DNA of 64,000 bases from Psilocybe cubensis (lineage: Eukaryota): contig CM039005.1 of assembly GCA_017499595.2 (NCBI GenBank), forward strand, positions 558,001-622,000. The letters run 5' to 3'. Of the stretch, positions 10,601 to 25,347 are shown piece by piece. Below the pieces are notes generated by a model. That model worked only from the letters and a program-made list of their open reading frames with translations, had not been told where the DNA came from and ran no database searches. Within the stretch, counting starts at the first letter, position 1. Each line of letters begins with the position of its first letter. A program made the position numbers and the translations under genes.

Positions 10601-12271
10601 CCCATTCGATCAATAGCACATTGCGTAAACGCACTAGCAACTATACCGATGAACCGCGAACCGAGAGAAAGACACAAAAAAAAAACATTGCAAAGACGTA
10701 ACGTTATGGACGTACAGGGGCAGCAGGTGTATAAAAAGGACACGGACTAACGGGCTTTTTTCCTCATCCCCTCTCCTCTCCTCTTCTCACATTCTCTTCT
10801 CCCGCTCTCCGCTCAATGCCCTTGTCAGCCCGCCCCTCTCCAACATCCTACACTCGCACTGCACTGCCAATGGACGGGAACGCACCGGTACGAGTCAACG
10901 TGCCCACGACGCCGTGAGTATTCCCCATCCCTCCCCTGAGCTGCGCCACGTCTGACCCTCCCTTCGCAGGAACACGTTTGACGACGAGTAGAGGATCTGG
11001 GAGGTAGAGGTCGGAGTCGGCGACGCGCCATAAATGCCACGCTGGCATGTCGACCGGGGCATCGAGGGCAGCGCACGGTGAGCCTCTAACATTTGTTTTC
11101 GCATCACACTCCGCCAAACCGCCTTTCTCTGCAGGTTGCCACGCCATCGAGACGACGCGGGACTCGAATGCGCGTGCTCAGCGAGCTTGAGGACGGGGTA
11201 AGTAAATGCATTATTCGACGGGTATCATTGTTGACTGACCTGGACACGCAGAACCTTGCATGTGTGTTCCCAAGAGTCGGACACGTCGTCGAAACTGTAA
11301 GTCAGTCCACACTCGTCAGCAACCGCCTGTGATTGACAACCGCTGCATCAAGACCTGCGCCTGCTCAGCGAGCTTGAGGACGGAGTAAGTAAACAAGCTA
11401 TTCAACATGGAACACTGCTGACTGACCTGGACACGCAGAACGACCTTGAATCCGTGTTCCCGAGCGGCGGAAACGCTGTCGAAAGTGAGTGCATGCTTTG
11501 TTCGTCAGACCGCCCGTGATTGACCACCCAATACCAAGGCCGTATCGATTGGGGGGCAGGGAACAATGAGACCTATGCAAAAGTAAGTTGTCGTGTCGTT
11601 CACCGTGAACCAGCCTGAACTAACCTGACCTAGACACACAGAGCACCCCCAATCTATTCAAAGGCCTACATCCGTTCAACCGGTGCAGCTCGACACATGC
11701 GCTCCGCTCGTTGTGAATCGCCCCTTGACAGCCCGCCTTGCTGCGGATTCCAGTACGCGATTGGGGAATGGACTGGACGCGGTGGTGATGTGGTGGATGT
11801 GTGAGTACGCTGAGATGTTAGTAGGGAATGACTTGGAATGACCACACACAAGTACAGGTTGTGGTGTTGCCGTGGTTTCGCATCGGCCGCATATACCGTG
11901 GAGATGTGGAGGGAGGTGCCTAGTCGGTGTCCTAAGGATGCCATTGCAGGTTAGTTGACCCGTTGTTCAACGCGAGTCATGTCAAACTTACCTGAGATGT
12001 ACATTGCAGGTCTGCGCTACCCTAAAATCTGGCTCTCCAATATCCCAGGCGGCACTCCTGTTGAATGCGAGTCGGGAACGCCGCAGCAAGGTACGTGACT
12101 CGTGTTCTGAACAGTTGTGACTGGGGTATAACGCGTTGTTGATAGGGTGGTGCTGATGGAAAGGATAACAGCAGGCAAGGGCATTCGTATCGACGCGTAT
12201 GTCCCATATACGGGCAATGTCGATTCATAGCGGGAGCCGCTGCCTGATTGCCTGCTCCCGTGCATTCGCCT

Positions 12272-12876
12272 TCAAACACGCTGAGACGCAGCTCCGCCCG
12301 CGTGCTGTCCCTCCATCGGCTCCCCTCCCTCCCCCGCCTGCTCTCCCTCATTCTCCCCCAACCCCCCCTCCTCCGGATCCAACCAACTCTCCTCAACCGT
12401 CACCTTGACCCTCCTCACATACTCCTTCATATTTTCCCTATACAACTGCGCCGCCTCCGCATTCGCCGGGCTATTCGGGTTCGGATCATGCAGCAAGCTC
12501 TGTATACTCGTCAATATCGCCGCGACGTCGTATGTGGGCGACCACCGGTTTTGCAGGATGTCGAGGCAGAGCTCGCTGTTCGCGTAGACGTTGGGGTGGA
12601 ACATCCGCGAGAGGAATTTGACGGTGGGCGGTTTGTTGGGGTAGGACTCGTCGAATGTGAGGAGGAGCTTGAATGTGCCGTCTTCGAAGGGGGTGTCGCC
12701 TGTTGATAGGTGAGTGGCTGGGGGTGAGTGGGGAGAGGAAACGCACCTGGCCCGAAGATGACAGCGTTCCAGAGCATAATATTGTCGGGGAGCGGACTGC
12801 CCGAGATCCCGCCTGGCGGGTCGGACGAGAGGCGCTTGAAGTCCCGGATGAGCCGTTTCTTGCAGTTCGTCGACAT
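12272..12876 (-). CDS. RAD6: Rad6/Ubc2 copy 2 (185 aa, S85; intron 12746-12700)
   Basis: Same translation as copy 1 at offset +8476. Confidence 0.97.
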
Positions 12877-14179
12877 TGTTTGCTGAGTAAGATTGGGTCA
12901 AGTAATTCGGGTGGCTTTGGTTAAAGCGAGAGAGGGAGGTGTGGTCGTGTCTGAATCGCGTGCTGTTAATGAGGGCACTGCGACTGTCGTCGTACACGTC
13001 GTCTCGTATGTGGTATGCGGTATTCTAATGATGGTATGCGATATGGATTGTAAAACCTGCAAACCCAACTTTAATTGTATCTTCCCCTACCAAACCACCC
13101 TCAAAACATACCTTTGTACGTGCGTATATGCAAGCGTAAAGTCGTCTCAGGCGGCTGGTATGAAGAAACAAGCAAGTCAGTCTAACTCAGAAGCAGTGGC
13201 AGTGGCAGGCCTCCTCATGTCACGCCCACTGACCGTGACCTGACTCCGCCGCATCTAATCTGGAAACAAACAATAGCAACAACAATCACTCTGCCGAAAT
13301 GCCGCAAGTTGACTTTGTCGTTGTAAGTATTTCATTCATCCACAACGGTTGCCCTGAACGATGAGGACGCTCTTTCACTCGCAACGGCGCTTGTTCGATT
13401 CCCCGCACCCATTGCGCTGTGTCCTGATTGCCCCCGCCGCCTGCTACAATCTTCAAAGTAGTCAACGTATCACTGTGATTTGACTTTGCCCTCGCCTACG
13501 GTCTGGTAAGCATACCACACACTGCAAAGTGCAAAGTGCGGACCACCGGACCCGACGCGCTCGTGCCTGTTTGGCCTCTACCGTGTCCGCGTCCATCAGC
13601 CCACACATGCACACACGCGCTATGCAAACATCACACCGGCACCCCTGACTCAACCCAACTCCCGCGTTCCAATGCGTTGAGATTTGCACTGTGTAGCGTA
13701 TCTCGAGAACCACAGGGTATAGCACAACGACTCTCGATGTCTCAGGGATGCTTACTCTGAGCGCAACAATTCTCAATGACAGAGACAAAGCAGGACATTT
13801 TTTGTATTTTAAGAACACACTTTTGTAAAATTCTAACCAAAAAAGGCAAAATCTATTTATAACTGAAAAAAAGAGCCTTGTCCACAATGTCCAACCCTCT
13901 TCTGGTAACAAACTTCAAGGGTTTCCCCTCCCCCGAAGGGCAGAGAAACAAAGTGACGGGGTGAGGTCCCCCGACACATGGTGGGTTAGTAGCAGAAACA
14001 GCGGGAAGGGGCATAAAAAGTCAGTGGGGCAAGTCCATAGCCCTACCGTAAAGCTCCGAAAACATACCTAAGCAGGTTTCTAGATAAATACAAGTCTGCG
14101 AGAGATTCAGAATACAACTTACTTGGTAAAGTTTTTGTCATTCAATGGATGCAACGGCAGCAGGCGGCATCGGTGTCAA

Positions 14180-15504
14180 CTACAATCAAAGTCAGTCACA
14201 GTCTATTCAAAGTACAATTCTACAGACTTACCATTCCGAATCTCGCTCGACGGACGGAAATACATAGCGTCGAGGGTTTTTGCTTGTAAGAAATTTCTAG
14301 AGTCAAAGTTAGCAGTAGTTTAGGGAAAGTAAAATCAAGCCCACGTACCAACTATCGTGTCAAAGCACTCGTGCAGATGCCCCATCCTGCTCGTCGGACG
14401 TCGATATATGGTCTCAAGGTAAATCTAGAGCCAAGGTCAGTAAAAATCCAATAAATGAATGCCATACATACATACCTCAACGGGCACACAGCTAACAACG
14501 CCTGCTCGGCGGACGGCGATACGTCGTGTCAAGGCAAAATCTAGGGTCACGGGTCAGTGATAATTAATGCAAACCAAGTTGAAGTACACTTACCACTTGG
14601 TGTAGATCCTCACACTCGGTCGGCGGACGTCGATACATCATGTCAAAGCAAAATCTAGGGTCACGGTCAGCTTTAATTAATGCAAAGCATGTCGAAGTAC
14701 ACATACCACGGGTTTTAGATCCCCACACTCGGTCGGCGGACGTCGATACATTGTGTCAAAGCGAATCTAGGGTCAAGGTCAGTCTTTGTACATTAAATAA
14801 AACTAAAACACACATACCTATGCACCAGAGGTCCAATCCCGGTCAGCGGACGGCGATACGTCGTGTCAAAGTCTAGAGTCAGAGTCAGTCTCTGTACATT
14901 AAATAAAAGTAAACCACACATACCTGTACACCAGAGGTCCAACCCCGCTTGGCGGACGTCGATACGTCATGTCAGAGCAAATCGGGGTCACCCAGACATC
15001 CAATCCCACTCGGCGGACGTCGATACGTTGTGTCAGAGCAAATCTGAGGTCAAGGTCAGTGTGAGTACATATCATAAAAGTAATACACACATACCTGAAG
15101 ACCAGAGGTCCAATCCCGCTCGCCGGACGTCGATACGTCGTGTCAGAGCAATATCTAAGGCCAGGGTTAGTCACAACTTGTTCAACGAATGCTACAGCAC
15201 ACTTACCACAATAGTGAGGAGGCAGGTAACAGGCGCGCTCGGCGGACGGCGATACGTCGTGTCAGGACTAAATCTTGGGATAAAATCAGTCTCCGTTTGG
15301 TAAATAAATGATACACAACTTACCAGCTCGCCGGAACGCGATACATAGCGTCGGGCTATGTTAACAGGGCATAAATCCTTGGATCAAAGTCAGTCTCACT
15401 TCTTCAACAAACATCACAGCACATACCAGGTCGGCGGAACACGATATATAGTGTCGAAGCAATTCCATGTCGAGAGGGGTAGCACACCACCATACTGACA
15501 GCAT
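14180..15504 (-). ncRNA. Exon-intron module array, unit 2
   Basis: Copy of 5704-7028 (+8476). Confidence 0.6.
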
Positions 15505-18500
15505 GGGTACAAAGTAGATGGATAAAAAAAACCCAATATCAGAGTTCTCTTTATACCTTTTTCACCCCAAACTTTTTCAAAGCCCGCTCTCAGTCACGTA
15601 GCAACACTTCTTTCTAGCTTCATCATTTTTACTAGCTTCGCTTCCGAATATTTCCTCATGCCATAACTTTGCATAATAGGAGACCTTTACATCCCTTTCT
15701 CCACTCCCTCAAACGTGGAATATCAAGCCACAGTGCACCACAAGGCACAAAACTCACTCGCCAAGTCGCAATTGGCTCAAATTCATGTCCCGTGCAGTAA
15801 AAAACCTCACTCCTATCAAGTGAAAATTGTTACGCCATTTTGTAATACCACGTACTAATCTTTGGTAAAGGTCCTCGTTTCAATTTCTACAGCACATCTA
15901 GCTCTGATTTCAATGCAGTAATAGCGTTATCTTCTCCCCAAAGTATTTTTTGGGATTACTTGCTGCAGACCGGTCAATTCGAAAGCTATGTCATCACATT
16001 CAGACACTCTGCACAGGATGCGCTGACGCTGATGCTGCAGACTCTGCGCAAACGATGTGCTTACGCTAACGCTACAGAGTCTGCGCACACAATGCGCTGA
16101 CGCTGACTCTGTGCACAGGATGCGCTGCCGCTGACTCTGTACACACGATGCGCTGGCACTTGGTATTACAACATCGGCTCGCCGGCGTTCACAAGCCCAG
16201 GAACGAGATCACAACTTCCGACGCTCTAGCCTCGTTTAACTAATCGTTAAATCTACGACAAATCGCCCACAGGATCACGATCTACGCGTGTTCATTAGGA
16301 CCCTGCCCTAATTCCCCACAGGTGCGTCATCATTCCACTCTAGGTTTAGTTTGCATCTCAGGAACACAAATTCGACTGTAAAGTCTATTTTTCACCTCCG
16401 TTCCGAGTCGACGTCATTCACGACAACAACAGTTGGTTCGACTTTGCGAGAGATGTTGGTATTTCGGATATGTTTACAACAGTACGTCCTTTGAGTCCTG
16501 GTTACTAATCTCACGGGTGACGGAATCATTCGAAAATTAGACACTTCCTTCAAACGCAGGTGCGTGCCAAAGCCGACATCCCACTCTATCGATACATCTC
16601 GTCTTACTCGTAACCCACTATTTTGAAGTGTTCCGTTCCATTTGACTTTGAGACTAGCGCGTCAGATAATCGGGAGTTGCTATATTCGAGTGCGCCCGAA
16701 AACACATCTATGCAACAACGTCAAGGCCAGTACTCTGACGTACCGCATTTGTTATCTCACCTTTTGCTTGTGTAGACGTGCTATGACCTCAACGTAGACA
16801 TTCAGGAGGTGATTTACGGTGACAACTCACCTTCATTCCAACATTTCCCCAGTTCAAATTCGCATGTCAACCACGGCGCGGATACCTCCTCGTCTCCCGA
16901 TTCGTCATTCTAGCGCGTTGCAACCGTCTCATATACCTCGCTTCCAAGAATAGGCTAGTCTAGACTAGTCGGTAACGACAGCCGGAAGCTCGCAAAACTG
17001 AGCAACCAATATGAATGTGCTGCAGAACACACATACGTGGCAGCCGTTCCCGCGCCGTTTATCACTTTTTCGAGGTTTCAGGGCTTTCTGGGTACTGTAT
17101 AATGTAGTATATCCCACGCCAAGCGTGTTTGTAGGTCCTTTGGCAGCGTGAAGTTGAGATAATCAAAAATACATCCGGGGCATCTCAGGAGAGATTCAAA
17201 CACAAAAACAAGCGTTTGCGAGGCTTTGAAATCACCGTGAAGATCGATAATGACTACCTAGATAATCTATAATGTGTATACGTCATGACGAATGCAGTAA
17301 ACTAAGAGTACGGGTAACATTTCAAGCCACAGATGTTAAGCGCCCAAGCAAACAGCTTCACGCAGACTGTAAATTAGCAAAACACATCGATTCCAATGCT
17401 CTATAGACACACCTCGCATACCATACATATCTCAGAGTACACTATAAGACATACATACACTCACATATCTCGTCAACGAACCGTCAAGTCCACAACCTCA
17501 CACTCACGTACCTCCTCCGGCCCCCAATCCGCATTCCAGCCCATTTCCACTGCTTCCTTTCATTTCGGGGCATCATCCCCACTAGCATAAGACTACTCGG
17601 CTGCGGCACGGAGCGTTCCGAGACCTAGAAGCAGGACAGAAATGAGTTGCAGTGTAATGCGTCTCGAGGGAGGATATGTACGTGGCATGCGATTCTGCGT
17701 CGTTTGCGCGTTTTAAGCGGGTTGGGGTGCTTTTACTGGGTGATATGGGTTAGGTGTGTATGGGGTAAAGCTTGAAAGTACATCAGGGAACCTACAATTG
17801 AGTTTATGCGTGTATGTGATGTCGTTGTTCAAATTCGCTTTAGGAAACGTACATTTGCGAATTGGGCCGTTTTGAGGTATTCAGATGCTACAGTACTGTT
17901 TAAAATAGGGGTATATATTCATATTTATGCTTACCTGAGTAAGTACAAAGTGGAAATTTCAAAGATTTGCAGCGATGAACCCTTAAGCGCCGAAAGCGTT
18001 GAATCGCAAATACAACAAATAAACGCACCAAACACACGATGGTGGACCACTAACACGCATGATACACTCACCCCTATACCATACAGCCCATTCTTCGACT
18101 CCAAAACTCCAACATCGCAAACCCAACTCACCGGACACAACACTCCTCCTCCTCGTCCGAATCTCCATTCAACCTCATTCCAACCACCTTCTTTCTCTTC
18201 ACCCCTGCACGCCCACTAGCTCCAGACCCCTCGGCTATCCTAACGTAACGTACTAACGGCGATTACTGAATTTTTTCTGCCAGTAGAAGAAGAAGCATTC
18301 TGTAGAGTCCGAGAGACGTTATACGTTGTTTTAATGCAAATTCGATGGAATACGTACATTGGGGGGGTTGTAATGGTGCATAGGAGCCCCTGAGTAATCG
18401 AACTGAAAGTGAGTGAACGTTGGAACCAAGTCTGAACGTCGACGAAAGTTTGTGCAAGTCGGATTTCACATCAAGACAAGAAAACACAGAAACGCACAAA

Positions 18501-20747
18501 AGTACTATTACCATCTTCAACAAACGGACACCAGCATTGCTCTGCACCACTAACATTGTCTTAAAGTACATTCTTCACGAAACAAAATCCTAGATATTCC
18601 ACACACAAAGACAGAGCGTTGACCCGATACACACCCAAGAACCCCCTCCTCCTCCCCAAAATCGCAAAATCACCTCATCCCAATACGTTTTCCTGGCTCT
18701 TCGGCTCCGGAACGGTATTCAAATCCAAATTGCGTAAACCAACTAAAAAGCGGCGTCTCATTTGAGAAGAATTAGAATGCCTGTGTTGCAACGCGAAATC
18801 AGAACAAACCATTGGAGAGATAACGGGTATGCGTACGTACGTTTGCTGTTCCCGAGTCAATTACTAGTTTATGCAATTCGATTAATGCATGGGTGAATGT
18901 GTGTTGACGATCTACGATACGAGTTGGAATTCACTTGATGCAAGGTAGATGATACTCGAGTCTAAAGTTCTGTGAGCCGCAAACCAAAAACGATTTGAAT
19001 TTGAATCTCACATCTCGGACACCAATGTAAATTCAAAGCAACACAACAATACCTCCAACACGAAACAGATAACAAACCCATTCGATCAATAGCACATTGC
19101 GTAAACGCACTAGCAACTATACCGATGAACCGCGAACCGAGAGAAAGACACAAAAAAAAAACATTGCAAAGACGTAACGTTATGGACGTACAGGGGCAGC
19201 AGGTGTATAAAAAGGACACGGACTAACGGGCTTTTTTCCTCATCCCCTCTCCTCTCCTCTTCTCACATTCTCTTCTCCCGCTCTCCGCTCAATGCCCTTG
19301 TCAGCCCGCCCCTCTCCAACATCCTACACTCGCACTGCACTGCCAATGGACGGGAACGCACCGGTACGAGTCAACGTGCCCACGACGCCGTGAGTATTCC
19401 CCATCCCTCCCCTGAGCTGCGCCACGTCTGACCCTCCCTTCGCAGGAACACGTTTGACGACGAGTAGAGGATCTGGGAGGTAGAGGTCGGAGTCGGCGAC
19501 GCGCCATAAATGCCACGCTGGCATGTCGACCGGGGCATCGAGGGCAGCGCACGGTGAGCCTCTAACATTTGTTTTCGCATCACACTCCGCCAAACCGCCT
19601 TTCTCTGCAGGTTGCCACGCCATCGAGACGACGCGGGACTCGAATGCGCGTGCTCAGCGAGCTTGAGGACGGGGTAAGTAAATGCATTATTCGACGGGTA
19701 TCATTGTTGACTGACCTGGACACGCAGAACCTTGCATGTGTGTTCCCAAGAGTCGGACACGTCGTCGAAACTGTAAGTCAGTCCACACTCGTCAGCAACC
19801 GCCTGTGATTGACAACCGCTGCATCAAGACCTGCGCCTGCTCAGCGAGCTTGAGGACGGAGTAAGTAAACAAGCTATTCAACATGGAACACTGCTGACTG
19901 ACCTGGACACGCAGAACGACCTTGAATCCGTGTTCCCGAGCGGCGGAAACGCTGTCGAAAGTGAGTGCATGCTTTGTTCGTCAGACCGCCCGTGATTGAC
20001 CACCCAATACCAAGGCCGTATCGATTGGGGGGCAGGGAACAATGAGACCTATGCAAAAGTAAGTTGTCGTGTCGTTCACCGTGAACCAGCCTGAACTAAC
20101 CTGACCTAGACACACAGAGCACCCCCAATCTATTCAAAGGCCTACATCCGTTCAACCGGTGCAGCTCGACACATGCGCTCCGCTCGTTGTGAATCGCCCC
20201 TTGACAGCCCGCCTTGCTGCGGATTCCAGTACGCGATTGGGGAATGGACTGGACGCGGTGGTGATGTGGTGGATGTGTGAGTACGCTGAGATGTTAGTAG
20301 GGAATGACTTGGAATGACCACACACAAGTACAGGTTGTGGTGTTGCCGTGGTTTCGCATCGGCCGCATATACCGTGGAGATGTGGAGGGAGGTGCCTAGT
20401 CGGTGTCCTAAGGATGCCATTGCAGGTTAGTTGACCCGTTGTTCAACGCGAGTCATGTCAAACTTACCTGAGATGTACATTGCAGGTCTGCGCTACCCTA
20501 AAATCTGGCTCTCCAATATCCCAGGCGGCACTCCTGTTGAATGCGAGTCGGGAACGCCGCAGCAAGGTACGTGACTCGTGTTCTGAACAGTTGTGACTGG
20601 GGTATAACGCGTTGTTGATAGGGTGGTGCTGATGGAAAGGATAACAGCAGGCAAGGGCATTCGTATCGACGCGTATGTCCCATATACGGGCAATGTCGAT
20701 TCATAGCGGGAGCCGCTGCCTGATTGCCTGCTCCCGTGCATTCGCCT

Positions 20748-21352
20748 TCAAACACGCTGAGACGCAGCTCCGCCCGCGTGCTGTCCCTCCATCGGCTCCC
20801 CTCCCTCCCCCGCCTGCTCTCCCTCATTCTCCCCCAACCCCCCCTCCTCCGGATCCAACCAACTCTCCTCAACCGTCACCTTGACCCTCCTCACATACTC
20901 CTTCATATTTTCCCTATACAACTGCGCCGCCTCCGCATTCGCCGGGCTATTCGGGTTCGGATCATGCAGCAAGCTCTGTATACTCGTCAATATCGCCGCG
21001 ACGTCGTATGTGGGCGACCACCGGTTTTGCAGGATGTCGAGGCAGAGCTCGCTGTTCGCGTAGACGTTGGGGTAGAACATCCGCGAGAGGAATTTGACGG
21101 TGGGCGGTTTGTTGGGGTAGGACTCGTCGAATGTGAGGAGGAGCTTGAATGTGCCGTCTTCGAAGGGGGTGTCGCCTGTTGATAGGTGAGTGGCTGGGGG
21201 TGAGTGGGGAGAGGAAACGCACCTGGCCCGAAGATGACAGCGTTCCAGAGCATAATATTGTCGGGGAGCGGACTGCCCGAGATCCCGCCTGGCGGGTCGG
21301 ACGAGAGGCGCTTGAAGTCCCGGATGAGCCGTTTCTTGCAGTTCGTCGACAT
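20748..21352 (-). CDS. RAD6: Rad6/Ubc2 copy 3 (S85 plus H78Y in the HPN motif; possibly impaired)
   Basis: Plus-strand G>A at 21074 changes MFHPNVY to MFYPNVY. The change is visible in the ORF track. Confidence 0.93.
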
Positions 21353-22655
21353 TGTTTGCTGAGTAAGATTGGGTCAAGTAATTCGGGTGGCTTTGGTTAA
21401 AGCGAGAGAGGGAGGTGTGGTCGTGTCTGAATCGCGTGCTGTTAATGAGGGCACTGCGACTGTCGTCGTACACGTCGTCTCGTATGTGGTATGCGGTATT
21501 CTAATGATGGTATGCGATATGGATTGTAAAACCTGCAAACCCAACTTTAATTGTATCTTCCCCTACCAAACCACCCTCAAAACATACCTTTGTACGTGCG
21601 TATATGCAAGCGTAAAGTCGTCTCAGGCGGCTGGTATGAAGAAACAAGCAAGTCAGTCTAACTCAGAAGCAGTGGCAGTGGCAGGCCTCCTCATGTCACG
21701 CCCACTGACCGTGACCTGACTCCGCCGCATCTAATCTGGAAACAAACAATAGCAACAACAATCACTCTGCCGAAATGCCGCAAGTTGACTTTGTCGTTGT
21801 AAGTATTTCATTCATCCACAACGGTTGCCCTGAACGATGAGGACGCTCTTTCACTCGCAACGGCGCTTGTTCGATTCCCCGCACCCATTGCGCTGTGTCC
21901 TGATTGCCCCCGCCGCCTGCTACAATCTTCAAAGTAGTCAACGTATCACTGTGATTTGACTTTGCCCTCGCCTACGGTCTGGTAAGCATACCACACACTG
22001 CAAAGTGCAAAGTGCGGACCACCGGACCCGACGCGCTCGTGCCTGTTTGGCCTCTACCGTGTCCGCGTCCATCAGCCCACACATGCACACACGCGCTATG
22101 CAAACATCACACCGGCACCCCTGACTCAACCCAACTCCCGCGTTCCAATGCGTTGAGATTTGCACTGTGTAGCGTATCTCGAGAACCACAGGGTATAGCA
22201 CAACGACTCTCGATGTCTCAGGGATGCTTACTCTGAGCGCAACAATTCTCAATGACAGAGACAAAGCAGGACATTTTTTGTATTTTAAGAACACACTTTT
22301 GTAAAATTCTAACCAAAAAAGGCAAAATCTATTTATAACTGAAAAAAAGAGCCTTGTCCACAATGTCCAACCCTCTTCTGGTAACAAACTTCAAGGGTTT
22401 CCCCTCCCCCGAAGGGCAGAGAAACAAAGTGACGGGGTGAGGTCCCCCGACACATGGTGGGTTAGTAGCAGAAACAGCGGGAAGGGGCATAAAAAGTCAG
22501 TGGGGCAAGTCCATAGCCCTACCGTAAAGCTCCGAAAACATACCTAAGCAGGTTTCTAGATAAATACAAGTCTGCGAGAGATTCAGAATACAACTTACTT
22601 GGTAAAGTTTTTGTCATTCAATGGATGCAACGGCAGCAGGCGGCATCGGTGTCAA

Positions 22656-23980
22656 CTACAATCAAAGTCAGTCACAGTCTATTCAAAGTACAATTCTACA
22701 GACTTACCATTCCGAATCTCGCTCGACGGACGGAAATACATAGCGTCGAGGGTTTTTGCTTGTAAGAAATTTCTAGAGTCAAAGTTAGCAGTAGTTTAGG
22801 GAAAGTAAAATCAAGCCCACGTACCAACTATCGTGTCAAAGCACTCGTGCAGATGCCCCATCCTGCTCGTCGGACGTCGATATATGGTCTCAAGGTAAAT
22901 CTAGAGCCAAGGTCAGTAAAAATCCAATAAATGAATGCCATACATACATACCTCAACGGGCACACAGCTAACAACGCCTGCTCGGCGGACGGCGATACGT
23001 CGTGTCAAGGCAAAATCTAGGGTCACGGGTCAGTGATAATTAATGCAAACCAAGTTGAAGTACACTTACCACTTGGTGTAGATCCTCACACTCGGTCGGC
23101 GGACGTCGATACATCATGTCAAAGCAAAATCTAGGGTCACGGTCAGCTTTAATTAATGCAAAGCATGTCGAAGTACACATACCACGGGTTTTAGATCCCC
23201 ACACTCGGTCGGCGGACGTCGATACATTGTGTCAAAGCGAATCTAGGGTCAAGGTCAGTCTTTGTACATTAAATAAAACTAAAACACACATACCTATGCA
23301 CCAGAGGTCCAATCCCGGTCAGCGGACGGCGATACGTCGTGTCAAAGTCTAGAGTCAGAGTCAGTCTCTGTACATTAAATAAAAGTAAACCACACATACC
23401 TGTACACCAGAGGTCCAACCCCGCTTGGCGGACGTCGATACGTCATGTCAGAGCAAATCGGGGTCACCCAGACATCCAATCCCACTCGGCGGACGTCGAT
23501 ACGTTGTGTCAGAGCAAATCTGAGGTCAAGGTCAGTGTGAGTACATATCATAAAAGTAATACACACATACCTGAAGACCAGAGGTCCAATCCCGCTCGCC
23601 GGACGTCGATACGTCGTGTCAGAGCAATATCTAAGGCCAGGGTTAGTCACAACTTGTTCAACGAATGCTACAGCACACTTACCACAATAGTGAGGAGGCA
23701 GGTAACAGGCGCGCTCGGCGGACGGCGATACGTCGTGTCAGGACTAAATCTTGGGATAAAATCAGTCTCCGTTTGGTAAATAAATGATACACAACTTACC
23801 AGCTCGCCGGAACGCGATACATAGCGTCGGGCTATGTTAACAGGGCATAAATCCTTGGATCAAAGTCAGTCTCACTTCTTCAACAAACATCACAGCACAT
23901 ACCAGGTCGGCGGAACACGATATATAGTGTCGAAGCAATTCCATGTCGAGAGGGGTAGCACACCACCATACTGACAGCAT
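22656..23980 (-). ncRNA. Exon-intron module array, unit 3
   Basis: Copy of 5704-7028 (+16952). Confidence 0.6.
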
Positions 23981-25347
23981 GGGTACAAAGTAGATGGATA
24001 AAAAAAACCCAATATCAGAGTTCTCTTTATACCTTTTTCACCCCAAACTTTTTCAAAGCCCGCTCTCAGTCACGTAGCAACACTTCTTTCTAGCTTCATC
24101 ATTTTTACTAGCTTCGCTTCCGAATATTTCCTCATGCCATAACTTTGCATAATAGGAGACCTTTACATCCCTTTCTCCACTCCCTCAAACGTGGAATATC
24201 AAGCCACAGTGCACCACAAGGCACAAAACTCACTCGCCAAGTCGCAATTGGCTCAAATTCATGTCCCGTGCAGTAAAAAACCTCACTCCTATCAAGTGAA
24301 AATTGTTACGCCATTTTGTAATACCACGTACTAATCTTTGGTAAAGGTCCTCGTTTCAATTTCTACAGCACATCTAGCTCTGATTTCAATGCAGTAATAG
24401 CGTTATCTTCTCCCCAAAGTATTTTTTGGGATTACTTGCTGCAGACCGGTCAATTCGAAAGCTATGTCATCACATTCAGACACTCTGCACAGGATGCGCT
24501 GACGCTGATGCTGCAGACTCTGCGCAAACGATGTGCTTACGCTAACGCTACAGAGTCTGCGCACACAATGCGCTGACGCTGACTCTGTGCACAGGATGCG
24601 CTGCCGCTGACTCTGTACACACGATGCGCTGGCACTTGGTATTACAACATCGGCTCGCCGGCGTTCACAAGCCCAGGAACGAGATCACAACTTCCGACGC
24701 TCTAGCCTCGTTTAACTAATCGTTAAATCTACGACAAATCGCCCACAGGATCACGATCTACGCGTGTTCATTAGGACCCTGCCCTAATTCCCCACAGGTG
24801 CGTCATCATTCCACTCTAGGTTTAGTTTGCATCTCAGGAACACAAATTCGACTGTAAAGTCTATTTTTCACCTCCGTTCCGAGTCGACGTCATTCACGAC
24901 AACAACAGTTGGTTCGACTTTGCGAGAGATGTTGGTATTTCGGATATGTTTACAACAGTACGTCCTTTGAGTCCTGGTTACTAATCTCACGGGTGACGGA
25001 ATCATTCGAAAATTAGACACTTCCTTCAAACGCAGGTGCGTGCCAAAGCCGACATCCCACTCTATCGATACATCTCGTCTTACTCGTAACCCACTATTTT
25101 GAAGTGTTCCGTTCCATTTGACTTTGAGACTAGCGCGTCAGATAATCGGGAGTTGCTATATTCGAGTGCGCCCGAAAACACATCTATGCAACAACGTCAA
25201 GGCCAGTACTCTGACGTACCGCATTTGTTATCTCACCTTTTGCTTGTGTAGACGTGCTATGACCTCAACGTAGACATTCAGGAGGTGATTTACGGTGACA
25301 ACTCACCTTCATTCCAACATTTCCCCAGTTCAAATTCGCATGTCAAC

